The position numbers and the translations under genes were made by a program. A DNA stretch of 64,000 bases from the sequence record PZ445431.1; one strand, written 5' to 3'. The notes under the pieces are model-generated. The model did not search any database and had not been told where the DNA came from. It saw only the letters and a list, made by a program, of their open reading frames with translations. The DNA is from a phage. Each line of letters opens with the position of its first letter. Positions within the stretch are counted from its first letter, which is position 1. This document shows positions 1 to 10,364 of the stretch, one piece after another.

Positions 1-419
1 TGAGCGTGAATGATTTCATCACGAGGGATACCAGCACGTTCCAGAAGGTCATCAACGTTAGTAGTGAAGTTCTTCACGCTATCCGCACCATAACGCTGGA
101 ACCATTCTGCAATTCGCAGATGGGCAATGTTAGGCTCAACAGTCTGTAATTCCTGACGACGCATGTTGTAGAACTCATGAGTCTTGAGATACAGATCGTT
201 ACCATCTTTATCAATGCCAGGGAAACGAGCACTGAAGTAGTTAGGATCATCTTCACCACAGAAGCGACGGAAGCCAGCTTCAAAGTTAGGCAAGCTACAT
301 ACTTCCTCTAGATCGTACTCATCCCACAAGGATTTCCCACTAGCAGTATCAGTACGGAAAGCACGAACACCACTATCTACACTCAAACCTGCACCACTAA
401 CAACGATTAGTCTACGCAT
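1..419 (-). CDS. Sir2-like NAD-dependent deacetylase/ADP-ribosyltransferase family protein, partial (C-terminus beyond window start)
   Basis: Minus-strand frame from ATG at 419-417 translates MRRLIVVSGAGLSVDSGVRAFRTD..., i.e. the sirtuin N-terminal GAG[IL]S..SG..FR motif; stop of upstream gene overlaps the ATG (TAATG); not in ORF track because truncated. Confidence 0.55.
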   Translation of the reverse strand, partial: MRRLIVVSGAGLSVDSGVRAFRTDTASGKSLWDEYDLEEVCSLPNFEAGFRRFCGEDDPNYFSARFPGIDKDGNDLYLKTHEFYNMRRQELQTVEPNIAHLRIAEWFQRYGADSVKNFTTNVDDLLERAGIPRDEIIHA

Positions 420-613
420 TATACGATTCCTTGCTTGAATCCTTCGATGATATTTTGGAGCAGAATTGCTTCTTCTGGGCGAACCTTCTCTTGCTTAATA
501 AGCATATCCAAACCAGCAATACAGGTAGCTACTCCAGCATTATACCCAGCATTCCACTGCTCCATGAGCATATTTTCTAAATTACTTTTTAGATTCTGAT
601 TCAAGAAGTCCAT
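419..613 (-). CDS. hypothetical small protein (about 65 aa; ORF track lists longer 419..697 form)
   Basis: GGAGGA RBS immediately upstream of internal ATG at 613; region upstream of 613 better explained by the overlapping 582..785 ORF. Confidence 0.4.
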   Translation of the reverse strand: MDFLNQNLKSNLENMLMEQWNAGYNAGVATCIAGLDMLIKQEKVRPEEAILLQNIIEGFKQGIV

Positions 614-785
614 AAAGTTTTTCCTCCAATTCCATAATACGATTTTCGTAAGAAGCACGCAGCTTCTCGATGGACAAAGCACGAACTGTAACTTCATCTG
701 AATTGATCGCTAGCTGAGCTAGATCTTCTGTTTCCATACGTCCGTTGTAAATTAAGCGATATTTAAGATGTTTTACGTTTTTCAT
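582..785 (-). CDS. hypothetical protein (67 aa)
   Basis: ORF in minus-strand gene string; exact 3' end versus the 419..613 gene unresolved. Confidence 0.4.
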   Translation of the reverse strand: MKNVKHLKYRLIYNGRMETEDLAQLAINSDEVTVRALSIEKLRASYENRIMELEEKLYGLLESESKK

Positions 786-794
786 TCTTGTTCC

Positions 795-1076
795 TTAGTT
801 CTGTACTGTAAATTCATTCTTATCACAGTGAGCATAATAATACCCATACATACGATAAATTTTCACAGCCTTAGTAGACCCCTTCGATTCTTCATAATCA
901 ATCCAGAGCCACTTGTCTTTACCTACATAATGTACCCGAAACTTCTTAACTTTCTTATCATTCCATGTTGCAACAACACGACGATAATCAAATCCGCCCA
1001 ACCAATCTAGAGCCTTACGTTCTTCACTAGGCTCTCCAAGATGGGAAACATCTACTTTTGGAAGCAATTCGCTCAT
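795..1076 (-). CDS. hypothetical protein (93 aa)
   Basis: ORF with GAGGAGA RBS upstream of the ATG. Confidence 0.5.
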   Translation of the reverse strand: MSELLPKVDVSHLGEPSEERKALDWLGGFDYRRVVATWNDKKVKKFRVHYVGKDKWLWIDYEESKGSTKAVKIYRMYGYYYAHCDKNEFTVQN

Positions 1077-1174
1077 AGCTTTCTCCTCTCAAATTTATAA
1101 ATCAATTATACATAAGTTTTAGTTCGAAAGCAAATAAAATAAAAGCCAGGTCGACTAGCAACCTGGCTGATTCA

Positions 1175-3049
1175 TTATTTAGCGCGAATGTCTTGATGTT
1201 TCACTCGACCCATAACCTCATGTTGTTTACCTGGGTTAAACGGACGAGCACCTGGATTTCCAAGATATCCACAAACTCGACGAGTTACCTCAAGAGTCTC
1301 AGGATCATGGTTGCCACAAATAGGGCATTTGAAACCATCCTCAGAAGCTATAGTTTCACCCAAGAACCCACATTCCCCACAAGAGTCTACTGGAGTATTA
1401 ATACCGAAGTAATGAACTTTACTTGCAGCATAGTTAATAACCCATTCCAGTGCATCAGGGAATCGTTTCATATCCGGTAATTCCACATAGGAAATGCACC
1501 CACCAGAAGCAATAGGAGTAAAGTTAGACTCATAATCAAACTTCACATTTGGAGCAACCTTACGTTCTACATCAAGGTGATGGGAATTAGTGTAATATCC
1601 TTTAGCCAGAATATCTTCATGCTCTGGGAAATACTCACGGTCTAGGCGACAGAAGCGATCACATAGAGATTCAGATGGTGTAGCATACAGACTATACCCT
1701 AATTGAGTCTCTTCCTTCTTCTGATCAGCACGATCACGCATGTATTGTAGCACACGTTGAACGAACTTGATACAAGACTCAGACATTGTATCTACATCTT
1801 TACCAAACATGAGTTGCAACATTTCGTGGCAGCCAATATATCCTAGGGATACAGAAGCACGCTTGTAGAAATGATCAAACACATATTCATCTGGCCCCAG
1901 ACGTAATCCAAAGGCTCCTGACGTATAGAGGATGGGCGCAGCTTTAGCTTGAATGTATTTTAAGCGATCAACCCTCCACTCCAATGCTTTTAACGCGGTA
2001 TCCACACGCAGCTCAAGCAGATCGAAGAATAGATCAATATTTCCTTCCGCTTCGATAGCGATTCGAGGAAGGTTTACGGAAACAACGCCTAAGTTGTTAC
2101 GACCAGAAGTTTCACCATCTTCCGCAGCAGCCAGGAATGAACGACAGCCCATAGAGACTTTGTAGTCCCCCGTAACTTCTACAACCTTATCATAACTGAT
2201 GTAGTCAGGATACATACGTTCAGCAGTACATTTCATAGCTAACTTCTTGATATCATAGTTAACATCACCAGGTTTCATGTTTACGCCCTCACGCAAAACA
2301 AATACCAGTTTAGGGAAGATAGCTGTACGTTTATTGATACCCAAACCATCCATACGTACTTCTAGTATTGCTTTCTGTACAAGACGTGCTTCCCAAGAAG
2401 TTCCTAGACCAAAACCAAAGGTAATAAACGGACTTTGACCATTAGAGTTGAACATCGTATTGATTTCATACTCCAGGCCCTGACAGGCATCGTAAACTTC
2501 TTTCTCAGTCATTTCCGTAGCCATTACAGATGCTTTAGCTTCATCCTTAGTCCAACGCTTTGCAAACGCATGATTCTTATCATAAGACTTACGAACATAA
2601 GGAGCCAATACTTCATCTAATCGGTCTACAGAAGTACCCCCATATTGATGTGAACTAACCTGAGTGATAATCTGAGCTGTGATAGCAGCCGCAGTAGTAA
2701 TAGAGTTTGGTGTACTGATTTCAGCATTACCAACCTTCATACCATTCTTCAACATATCTTCCAAAGCAACCAGGCAACAGTTAGTCATACCTAACGCAGC
2801 GTAATCAGCATCATGGAAGTGAATATCACCAATCATGTGAGCATTTCGAATCTGGATTGGCATTTCTTCCAGAATCAGATATTTACTCAATTCCCCTGCA
2901 AGCATATCCCTTTGTGTAGGGAAACGTTCTGAGGGCTTATTGGCATTATTAAACAGCAGCTCTTCATCTGCTGAACCTTCGATAATTTCTTTGCAGTTTC
3001 GAATCAAGGACTGCATTCCTTTATACTTTAGTTCTTCATTGCGATTCAT
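1175..3049 (-). CDS. nrdD: anaerobic ribonucleoside-triphosphate reductase (class III RNR, glycyl-radical enzyme)
   Basis: 624 aa; C-terminal glycyl radical motif RVCGYLG preceded by Cys-rich zinc ribbon (CGECG...CPICG); length and layout typical of NrdD. Confidence 0.9.
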   Translation of the reverse strand: MNRNEELKYKGMQSLIRNCKEIIEGSADEELLFNNANKPSERFPTQRDMLAGELSKYLILEEMPIQIRNAHMIGDIHFHDADYAALGMTNCCLVALEDMLKNGMKVGNAEISTPNSITTAAAITAQIITQVSSHQYGGTSVDRLDEVLAPYVRKSYDKNHAFAKRWTKDEAKASVMATEMTEKEVYDACQGLEYEINTMFNSNGQSPFITFGFGLGTSWEARLVQKAILEVRMDGLGINKRTAIFPKLVFVLREGVNMKPGDVNYDIKKLAMKCTAERMYPDYISYDKVVEVTGDYKVSMGCRSFLAAAEDGETSGRNNLGVVSVNLPRIAIEAEGNIDLFFDLLELRVDTALKALEWRVDRLKYIQAKAAPILYTSGAFGLRLGPDEYVFDHFYKRASVSLGYIGCHEMLQLMFGKDVDTMSESCIKFVQRVLQYMRDRADQKKEETQLGYSLYATPSESLCDRFCRLDREYFPEHEDILAKGYYTNSHHLDVERKVAPNVKFDYESNFTPIASGGCISYVELPDMKRFPDALEWVINYAASKVHYFGINTPVDSCGECGFLGETIASEDGFKCPICGNHDPETLEVTRRVCGYLGNPGARPFNPGKQHEVMGRVKHQDIRAK

Positions 3050-3158
3050 TATACCCTCCTTCTCTAACTAAGACTACTATTATAACTCATTCGAAGGCGG
3101 ATGTCAACAATATTTTACTATAAAGTTCTGTAACATGATCTGAGTCAAAAAATTTTAT

Positions 3159-3187
3159 TTGCCAACCTCTACTAAAAATAGTATAAT
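3159..3187 (+). promoter_or_regulatory. sigma70-type promoter (TTGCCA-N17-TATAAT)
   Basis: -35 at 3159-3164, -10 at 3182-3187. Confidence 0.55.
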
Positions 3188-3299
3188 CACGCATCCGTGT
3201 ACGCGATATAAAATGATTATCTAGTACCATACATCTCCCAATAAAAGCAAGCAAATTTTTTATTTAAATGCAATATCATAGGCTTATTTAAAATTGTAG

Positions 3300-3328
3300 T
3301 TGCTTTCTCCCGTATATATTGGTATAAT
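3300..3328 (+). promoter_or_regulatory. T5-type early promoter (TTGCTT-N17-TATAAT) upstream of phoH
   Basis: -35 at 3300-3305, -10 at 3323-3328. Confidence 0.65.
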
Positions 3329-3401
3329 ATATTTGTAAGTTGATAAACAAGATCTTTTTGTTGATCCTCTGTTAGCGAAGTACACTATAGGAGTGTTATT
3401 T

Positions 3402-4154
3402 ATGGGAAAAGCACGTCAAAAAAGAGAGAACCGCAATGGTTCAAGAAAGCGTGGCAACAAGTATGAGAGTAACGTAATTCAAGCAGATTTCTCTGGTGAT
3501 TACGCCAATCCAGTTGCTAAATCCCTAGTTGGTAAAAACCGTGAGCAAAAATCATATATCAATATGATCAAGAACAACACAGTGACTGTGGGTATTGGTG
3601 AACCAGGTACTGGTAAAACCTTTATTCCGTCCGTTCTTGCAGCTCAGGAACTCGTAGACATTCACTCAGATATTGAGCAAGTGATCCTCGTGCGTCCGAA
3701 CGAACCTCTAGGTAAATCTCTTGGTATGCTCCCAGGTGATCTGGCAGAAAAGCTAGAGCCTTGGTTGGAACCAATAACCGATGGTATGAAATGGGCAATC
3801 GGTGATCACGCCTACAAAGGATATGTCGAACGTCAGAAAATTAAATTCCTGGCTATCGAACATGCCCGTGGCCGAACTTTCAACAACTCCTATGTAATTG
3901 TCGATGAAGCTCAGAATATCTCCGTTGAAGCAATGATCTGTCTCCTGACTCGTGTAGGACAAGATTGTCGTTTAATTATCTGTGGGGATATAGCTCAGAA
4001 AGACATCAAGGGTGATTCAGGTCTAGCACTTCTTATGGAAGTCTATGAGAAGTACGAAAACTCTCCTTTCTCTATGATCGAACTGATCGACAACGTTCGC
4101 TCACCAGAGTCTAAAGCATTCTACGATATCTTTAAGGATATGGGGAAGGTGTAA
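3402..4154 (+). CDS. phoH: PhoH-like ATPase
   Basis: Walker A GEPGTGKTF and VIVDEAQN motif; start moved to ATG 3402 (RBS TAGGAG 9 nt upstream) rather than track start 3393. Confidence 0.85.
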   Translation: MGKARQKRENRNGSRKRGNKYESNVIQADFSGDYANPVAKSLVGKNREQKSYINMIKNNTVTVGIGEPGTGKTFIPSVLAAQELVDIHSDIEQVILVRPNEPLGKSLGMLPGDLAEKLEPWLEPITDGMKWAIGDHAYKGYVERQKIKFLAIEHARGRTFNNSYVIVDEAQNISVEAMICLLTRVGQDCRLIICGDIAQKDIKGDSGLALLMEVYEKYENSPFSMIELIDNVRSPESKAFYDIFKDMGKV

Positions 4155-4155
4155 T

Positions 4156-4398
4156 ATGGGAAACGTCGTACATCTGCACCGCAAAACTAAGATCCACCGT
4201 ACTTCACTGAGCGCTGCTAATATGATTACACGTAAGGAAGGGGAAGAAAGTCCTAAGACTACCCTAGCGTGGAAAATTGTAGCCTCTAATCCAAATCGGC
4301 CTTTCAACTATAATGAACTGAGTACTTCTATAGACATTCTTATGGCTAAGGAAATACAACAGAAACTAACTGATATGACCGATAAACTTAAATGGTAA
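4156..4398 (+). CDS. hypothetical protein (80 aa)
   Basis: ORF tightly coupled to phoH stop; followed by hairpin terminator. Confidence 0.5.
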   Translation: MGNVVHLHRKTKIHRTSLSAANMITRKEGEESPKTTLAWKIVASNPNRPFNYNELSTSIDILMAKEIQQKLTDMTDKLKW

Positions 4399-4405
4399 GA
4401 CAGAC

Positions 4406-4439
4406 GAGCCTGGGTATGAAAATATCCGGGCTCTTTTTA
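4406..4439 (+). terminator. rho-independent terminator candidate
   Basis: GAGCCTGG ... CCGGGCTC stem followed by TTTTTA. Confidence 0.6.
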
Positions 4440-4454
4440 TCTGTAAAATTGTAC

Positions 4455-4483
4455 TTGCAAAATGACCCAAAACAAAGTAGAAT
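4455..4483 (+). promoter_or_regulatory. promoter upstream of nrdA (TTGCAA-N17-TAGAAT)
   Basis: -35 at 4455-4460, -10 at 4478-4483. Confidence 0.55.
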
Positions 4484-4521
4484 ATTTCCTAAATCCTGAT
4501 AACTACAAAAAGGAAAGCCAA

Positions 4522-6855
4522 ATGAGCCATCGTATCGAAAAAGTAATTAAACGTGACGGTACTGTTCAGGACTTTGCTCCTGAAAAACTCAATGATTGGG
4601 CTGCATGGGCATGTAAAGATACTGACGTAAGTTGGTCTGCCGTAGTTATGGCTGCCCTGAAAAATCTACCCAAAGGTGTTGTAGACTCCGATACACTCCA
4701 AGATGTGTTAATTAAAGCCGCTGAAGGTCTTATCAAAGACAACCCAGCATATGATACTGTAGCAAAGGAATTACGTCTTGCGCAGATGCGTAAACGCCTA
4801 TATGATTCTTTTGAACCTCCTTCTCTGCGTTTCTTCCACGATCATATGGTTCGTGTCGGCGCTTGGGAAGACATGAGTGCATGGATTAGCGATGATCAGT
4901 TTGAAGCTCTGAACCAAGTTATTGATCATGATCGTGATCGTTTATTCACCAGTGGTGGACTGAAACAGTTCTTCGACAAGTATTCCCGTCGTAATATTGC
5001 AACTGGTGAAATTTATGAAACCCCGCAGTTTGCCTACATGGGTATGGCAATGGCGATGTTATCTCAACCTAACTGGACAATTCTCGATGCAATCGACCTC
5101 TACAACGCAATGTCACTCCATAAAATCAACGTGCCGACTCCACCTCTCGTGGGTCTTAGGAGCAGCGACCGCGGTTTTGCTTCTTGTTGTCTTGTTGATA
5201 GTACTGATACCCTCGATTCAATCGACACAGCCGAGCACATCGTCTTCAAAATGGTCGCAGCCAGAGCGGGAATCGGGTATCATCTTGAAAGCCGATCAAT
5301 TGCTGATCCGGTGCGAAATGGGGCATTCCCGCATTCCGGAAAACTGCCATATTATCGACACATTGACCGATCAGTAAAAGCTAACACTCAGCAAACCCGT
5401 GGTGGTTCTGCTACTGTGTCTTACCCATACTTCGATCCTGAAATCATTCAGTTGATGCAGGTTAAGCAGCAACGTGCTACAGACGAGAATAAAATCGATA
5501 AGATGGATTACTCTCTGAGCTTTAACAACCTTCTGTTAAAACGTTACCTGAAAAATGAAGATATTACGCTAATGTCCTACTTCTACGCACCAGAAGTTCA
5601 TGAAGCGTTTTATGGCGAAGATGAGGCTAAGTTTGAAGAAATCTACGTGGCAGCGGAGAAACGTGTGGCATCTCTTACAAAGATCGACCACGAAGGAAAA
5701 ACAATTCCAGCAGCTCCTAGAATCTCTGCAAAAGAAATCCTAGATACTTGGTTACGTATCCGTATGGAAACAGGGCGTATGTATGCTCATCACATTGGTG
5801 AATCTAACCGTCATGGTAACTTCCTTGACCCGATTCGTATGACCAACCTTTGTGTTGAAATTACTCAGCCAACCCGTCCATTCCATCACATTACGGAGCT
5901 GTATAAGACCCAAGATCAGTTAGACGATATGCGTCCAGAGGACATTGGTGAAGTATCTCTGTGTAACTTAGGTGGTGTTGTACTAGGTCGCATGGAATCT
6001 CTGGCTGAATGGGAGAAAACTTGCTACATCCTTCTGAAATTCGTTGATACAATCATCGAGATTCAGGATTATCCATTCCCAACCATGGAATACACGGCTA
6101 AGAAACGTCGTAACGTTGGTATTGGTCTGATGAACGCAGCAGGTGCAATGGCAGCAGAAGGTTTGGCTTACGAAGGTGTTGAAGCACGTAACTGGATTCA
6201 CCGTGAAGCTGAAAAGCTGTCCTACTTCCTGCACAAAGCCTCTGTACGTCTGGCCAAAGAACAGGGTGCATGTGACTGGTTTAATCGTACTAAGCCTTCA
6301 CAAGGAACTCTGGTAATCGACACGTATAAGAAAACTGTTGATGAACTGGTAACTGTAGGTCTAGAAATGGATTGGGAATCTCTACGTGCAGATATCCTGA
6401 AATATGGTATGCGTAACTCCGTTCTGACTGCTCAGATGCCGGGTGAAAGTTCCTCTGTACTGCTAGGTGTTACTAACTCTATTGAACCGCCTCGTAAGAT
6501 TGTATCTATCAAGGGTAGTGCAGTGAATAAAGTAATTGCAATTGCTCCAGGTGCAACTGATTGGGATACATTAATGAGCTATAAACTGGCTTATGATGTA
6601 GATCGTATCGAGTGGATCAAATGGGTAGCAACCATGCAGAAATTCTTCAGTCAGTCTATAAGTACGAATATGTACTATGACTACACCAAGTTTGAGAATG
6701 AAATTATTCCTGGCCCAGTAGTAGTTCGTGACTTCATGACTGCTGTTAAGTACGGTTGGAAAACTTTCTACTATGCAAACTTTAACACCGAGAATGGTGG
6801 TGGTGCAGGGGAAGAAACTGCTGCTGGATGCGCATCAGGTGGTTGTAACCTGTAA
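4522..6855 (+). CDS. nrdA: ribonucleoside-diphosphate reductase large subunit (class Ia)
   Basis: ATP-cone N-terminus (VIKRDGTVQDF), about 778 aa from ATG 4522 with AAGGAAAG RBS; track start 4462 lies inside the promoter. Confidence 0.9.
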   Translation: MSHRIEKVIKRDGTVQDFAPEKLNDWAAWACKDTDVSWSAVVMAALKNLPKGVVDSDTLQDVLIKAAEGLIKDNPAYDTVAKELRLAQMRKRLYDSFEPPSLRFFHDHMVRVGAWEDMSAWISDDQFEALNQVIDHDRDRLFTSGGLKQFFDKYSRRNIATGEIYETPQFAYMGMAMAMLSQPNWTILDAIDLYNAMSLHKINVPTPPLVGLRSSDRGFASCCLVDSTDTLDSIDTAEHIVFKMVAARAGIGYHLESRSIADPVRNGAFPHSGKLPYYRHIDRSVKANTQQTRGGSATVSYPYFDPEIIQLMQVKQQRATDENKIDKMDYSLSFNNLLLKRYLKNEDITLMSYFYAPEVHEAFYGEDEAKFEEIYVAAEKRVASLTKIDHEGKTIPAAPRISAKEILDTWLRIRMETGRMYAHHIGESNRHGNFLDPIRMTNLCVEITQPTRPFHHITELYKTQDQLDDMRPEDIGEVSLCNLGGVVLGRMESLAEWEKTCYILLKFVDTIIEIQDYPFPTMEYTAKKRRNVGIGLMNAAGAMAAEGLAYEGVEARNWIHREAEKLSYFLHKASVRLAKEQGACDWFNRTKPSQGTLVIDTYKKTVDELVTVGLEMDWESLRADILKYGMRNSVLTAQMPGESSSVLLGVTNSIEPPRKIVSIKGSAVNKVIAIAPGATDWDTLMSYKLAYDVDRIEWIKWVATMQKFFSQSISTNMYYDYTKFENEIIPGPVVVRDFMTAVKYGWKTFYYANFNTENGGGAGEETAAGCASGGCNL

Positions 6856-6864
6856 TAAAAACAA

Positions 6865-6890
6865 GGAGATCTTCGGGTCTCCTTTTTCTT
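6865..6890 (+). terminator. rho-independent terminator candidate
   Basis: GGAGAT-CTTCGG-GTCTCC hairpin followed by TTTTTCTTT. Confidence 0.6.
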
Positions 6891-6901
6891 TGAAATTTTA
6901 C

Positions 6902-6930
6902 TTGCTAATCGCTACCAGATTTGCTATAAT
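6902..6930 (+). promoter_or_regulatory. promoter (TTGCTA-N17-TATAAT) upstream of HNH/nrdB
   Basis: -35 at 6902-6907, -10 at 6925-6930. Confidence 0.65.
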
Positions 6931-6956
6931 ATCTCCATTAGTTAAGGAGATTAGTT

Positions 6957-7472
6957 TTGATAACACAAGATGAATTAAAAAGGATTCTGGAGTATAATCC
7001 AGATGAAGGAACATTTACTTGGTTAAATAACCAAGAAGTACACAATAAAGTAAGAGGACTACCTGCTGGTTGTTTAAAACCCCACTCAGTAGATCCTAAC
7101 CGAAAAGACTTAGTAATACAAATCAATGGTAAGAAATATCCTGCACAAAATATTGCTTTCCTGTACATGACAGGAAACTTACCTAAAGTTATGGTTGATC
7201 ATATAGATGGAGATTCACTAAACTATAAGTGGACTAATCTAAGAGAAGCAGACTGGCAGTTAAATAGTCAAAATAGAAAAACCAGTAAAAACAATATATT
7301 GGGTACTAAGAATATTCGGAAGAAAGGGTCTGGATTTCAAGTTAGAAAATCCATTAACGGAAAAGAATACGTGAAAACTCTTCCAACTCTCGAAGAGGCG
7401 ATAGAGTATCGAGATTCTTTAATCCTCTCTATAACCAAAGACCCAACACTACTTAGAAACACAGATAAATAG
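6957..7472 (+). CDS. HNH homing endonuclease with AP2-type DNA-binding domain (free-standing, between nrdA and nrdB)
   Basis: N-terminal ELK..LEYNPDEG.F.W motif, DHIDGD...N...NLR HNH core, AP2-like SGFQVRK..NGKEY; TTG start after AAGGAG; paralogous to 28254, 39420, 41576. Confidence 0.8.
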   Translation: MITQDELKRILEYNPDEGTFTWLNNQEVHNKVRGLPAGCLKPHSVDPNRKDLVIQINGKKYPAQNIAFLYMTGNLPKVMVDHIDGDSLNYKWTNLREADWQLNSQNRKTSKNNILGTKNIRKKGSGFQVRKSINGKEYVKTLPTLEEAIEYRDSLILSITKDPTLLRNTDK

Positions 7473-7480
7473 GAGAACTA

Positions 7481-8626
7481 ATGACAACTTTACTTAACTT
7501 AAACTGGGATCATACCAATAAAGATCTATTTCTCGGTGATTCTCTTGGTATTGCAGATTATGTACGAGTAGCTCATCCAGAGCTAGAAAGGCTGGCGTTA
7601 TTAGCTCGCTCTCAATTCTGGACTGAAACTGAAATCAGTCTGGAAGCTGATAAGAAACAATGGCCAAACCTTCCGCGTGATATTCAGGAAATTACTCTCC
7701 TGAACTTAGCATGGCAGACCCAAACAGATTCTTTCATTAGCCGTGCTCCTGAAGCAGCTATTATGCCGCTTGTAAGCCGTCCTGAATTGGAGGGTATGCT
7801 CAAGCAGTGGAGCTACTTCGAAGATCTGCATAGCCGTGCATATAGTAACATTATTCGTAACGTTCTGACTGATCCAGCAGAATTTATTGATTCTGTAACT
7901 AAAAACCAAGAAGCATTTGCACGTATCGCAGATTCTGTTGAACTGTTTGATGAATTGTATCTGTTAGGTCAGTATTTCCTTGCAGTACGTGATCATCGTG
8001 GTGATAATACTTATCCAGAAACTGAGTTCCCTGAAGTTAAACGTGAAACTCAGGCTAAGCTGTTAGATGCTTACTTTGCAATCTACGGTCTGGAAGCAAT
8101 GCAGTTCTACGCATCCTTTGCATGTACCTTTGCTCTAGCAGAGAACGATATTCTGCAAGGTATTGCCAAGAACCTGCAACTAATCGCTAAAGATGAAGCT
8201 CTACATACTCAAATGTCTAAAGCTATCATCCAGATTATGTTCCAGCAGTTTGATAAAGATCTGGTAGACGAAGCATTAGCTAAAGCACCAGCACAACTCC
8301 TAAAAACTCTGAAAACTGAGATTGAATGGGGCCACTTTATCTTTAAAGGCCGCAGTCTGATTGGTTTGAACGCAGAATTGCTTGAAGAATACCTTTACTT
8401 TGTAGGACGTAACGCATTTATGCACATTGGTGTAGAATGGCCAAGCCACTTACCTGTAATTACTAAGAACCCTATTCCGTGGATTATGAACTGGCTGGAT
8501 ACTACTTCCTTACAGCCTGCCCCACAAGAAATCCAGATTGGTGCAGCATATCGTGTGGGTCAGGTAACTGAAACTTCTGCTGATACCCTGAAAGATCTGG
8601 GTAACGAATTTGAGGGCATGTTCTAA
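7481..8626 (+). CDS. nrdB: ribonucleoside-diphosphate reductase small subunit (class Ia)
   Basis: 381 aa, di-iron RNR small-subunit layout, directly downstream of nrdA. Confidence 0.85.
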   Translation: MTTLLNLNWDHTNKDLFLGDSLGIADYVRVAHPELERLALLARSQFWTETEISLEADKKQWPNLPRDIQEITLLNLAWQTQTDSFISRAPEAAIMPLVSRPELEGMLKQWSYFEDLHSRAYSNIIRNVLTDPAEFIDSVTKNQEAFARIADSVELFDELYLLGQYFLAVRDHRGDNTYPETEFPEVKRETQAKLLDAYFAIYGLEAMQFYASFACTFALAENDILQGIAKNLQLIAKDEALHTQMSKAIIQIMFQQFDKDLVDEALAKAPAQLLKTLKTEIEWGHFIFKGRSLIGLNAELLEEYLYFVGRNAFMHIGVEWPSHLPVITKNPIPWIMNWLDTTSLQPAPQEIQIGAAYRVGQVTETSADTLKDLGNEFEGMF

Positions 8627-9156
8627 TGATAGCAGCAATCTATGCAACTGGGCCGAATGGGGAGTTCGGCCTCAATGGTAAGCTCCCCTGGGGTTCTTTC
8701 AAAGAAGAACTAGATATCTTCTATACTACTTTGGATTCTCTAGCACCTGATAATATTATTGTAGGTGCAGGAACTTGGTTAGCCTTCCCTGAGACTCTGC
8801 AAAAAAGAATACTAGGAGATTCTGACCTATTTATTTATGCAAATAGATCACTACCTAACTCTGTAGGATCAGCTACACGCATAAGCAACATTGGATACCG
8901 TCTGCCTGATTTTCTCAAGGAAGAGGTAACTGTAGTATTAGGGGGAGCAACTCTGCTTCTTGAAATGTATGTCAAAAATCATCTAGATATGGCGTATATC
9001 TCTACTATTACTTCAGCCACACCATTATCTGCTGATGTACATCTGCATCATCATATTACTTTAACTAATTCAATGGCAACTAGAATGGACTATGTGGCAG
9101 GACAGAATGCAGATAAAACGCTTTCATTCTTACAAGAATTGGTGATATTTAAATGA
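8626..9156 (+). CDS. frd: dihydrofolate reductase
   Basis: N-terminus [22 protein letters not shown] matches the DHFR signature; sits between nrdB and thymidylate synthase. Confidence 0.75.
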   Translation: MIAAIYATGPNGEFGLNGKLPWGSFKEELDIFYTTLDSLAPDNIIVGAGTWLAFPETLQKRILGDSDLFIYANRSLPNSVGSATRISNIGYRLPDFLKEEVTVVLGGATLLLEMYVKNHLDMAYISTITSATPLSADVHLHHHITLTNSMATRMDYVAGQNADKTLSFLQELVIFK

Positions 9157-10007
9157 AGCAATATATTGAAACTGGAAAACGTATTCTTGAAGAGGGTGTA
9201 TGGGTAACGAATCCTAGAACAGGGGTTCGTTGCCTAACCATTATTGATGCAGACTTTACCTTTAACGTAGGAGCAGGAGAACTGCCGCTAGTAACTACTC
9301 GTAAAGCATTTGCTAAACAAGCAATAATGGAAATGATCGGATATCTCCGTGGGTACGACTCAGCAGCACAATTCCGCGCTATTGGTGTTAATACATGGAA
9401 TGCTAATGCAAATGAAAATATTGCCTGGCTAGGTAATCCATTCCGTAAAGGCGAGGATGATATGGGACGAGTCTATGGTGTTCAAGGACGTCATTGGACT
9501 AATTCTGATGGTATGGTATTTGATCAGTTAGCCAAAGTCTATCATAATTTGAAAAGAGGGATTGACGATCGTGGAGAAATTTTAACTTTTTGGAACCCTG
9601 GGGAATTTCGTAAAGGATGCCTACGTCCGTGTATGCATACCCATCAATTCTCTATTTTAGGTGATACACTATACCTAAACTCTTTCCAGAGGTCTAATGA
9701 TTTCTTGCTGGGCCAAGTATTTAATATGGTGCAATGCTATGCACTTCTAGCTATTATGGCACAGATTACAGGTCTTAAGCCAGGTATTGCTCGTCAAAAG
9801 ATTATTAATCTTCATATCTATGAAGATCAGTATAATGTTCTGATGGAGCACAAGCAATTCGATCGTGAACCTTTTGCACCTCCTACTTTAGAAATCAATC
9901 CAAATATTAGAACTTTGGATGATGTATTAACGTGGGTAAGTAAGGATGATTTTACTGTTCGTGGCTATGAACACCATCCTGCTATTGCATATCCATTTAC
10001 GGTGTAA
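9153..10007 (+). CDS. thyA: thymidylate synthase
   Basis: MKQY start, [14 protein letters not shown] (active-site Cys region), [24 protein letters not shown]; collinear with E. coli ThyA. Confidence 0.9.
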   Translation: MKQYIETGKRILEEGVWVTNPRTGVRCLTIIDADFTFNVGAGELPLVTTRKAFAKQAIMEMIGYLRGYDSAAQFRAIGVNTWNANANENIAWLGNPFRKGEDDMGRVYGVQGRHWTNSDGMVFDQLAKVYHNLKRGIDDRGEILTFWNPGEFRKGCLRPCMHTHQFSILGDTLYLNSFQRSNDFLLGQVFNMVQCYALLAIMAQITGLKPGIARQKIINLHIYEDQYNVLMEHKQFDREPFAPPTLEINPNIRTLDDVLTWVSKDDFTVRGYEHHPAIAYPFTV

Positions 10008-10055
10008 CATATATTAATTATACTATTATTTGTCATATTCTTTCTAAAACATTTT

Positions 10056-10364
10056 ATGGCCGATTATCCACTCCAAACACCATATATGCTAAAAAAGACG
10101 CATAAAATAGGGTGGAAACTTCCATTATTAACCCATTCGCTAGTACATGCTGGATTAACATTTGCAATTCTAATCCTATTCACATCACCAGGAATGTCTA
10201 TAGCTTTAGCTATTATGGAATTAATTCTACACTTTATTATAGATTATTGGAAAGCACAACGCTGTAAATACGCTATAAGCGATGCTAAGTTTTGGATAGC
10301 TTTAGGATTTGATCAGTTACTGCATTATCTGACATACGCCCTAATAATCTTGATTATAATCTAA
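10056..10364 (+). CDS. hypothetical membrane protein
   Basis: Highly hydrophobic 102 aa ORF; start may be the internal ATG near 10086. Confidence 0.5.
   Translation: MADYPLQTPYMLKKTHKIGWKLPLLTHSLVHAGLTFAILILFTSPGMSIALAIMELILHFIIDYWKAQRCKYAISDAKFWIALGFDQLLHYLTYALIILIII

Noticed and set aside
1193-2620. Plus-strand ORFs (95, 70, 61 aa) inside nrdD
   Set aside because: Antisense to the long NrdD reading frame.
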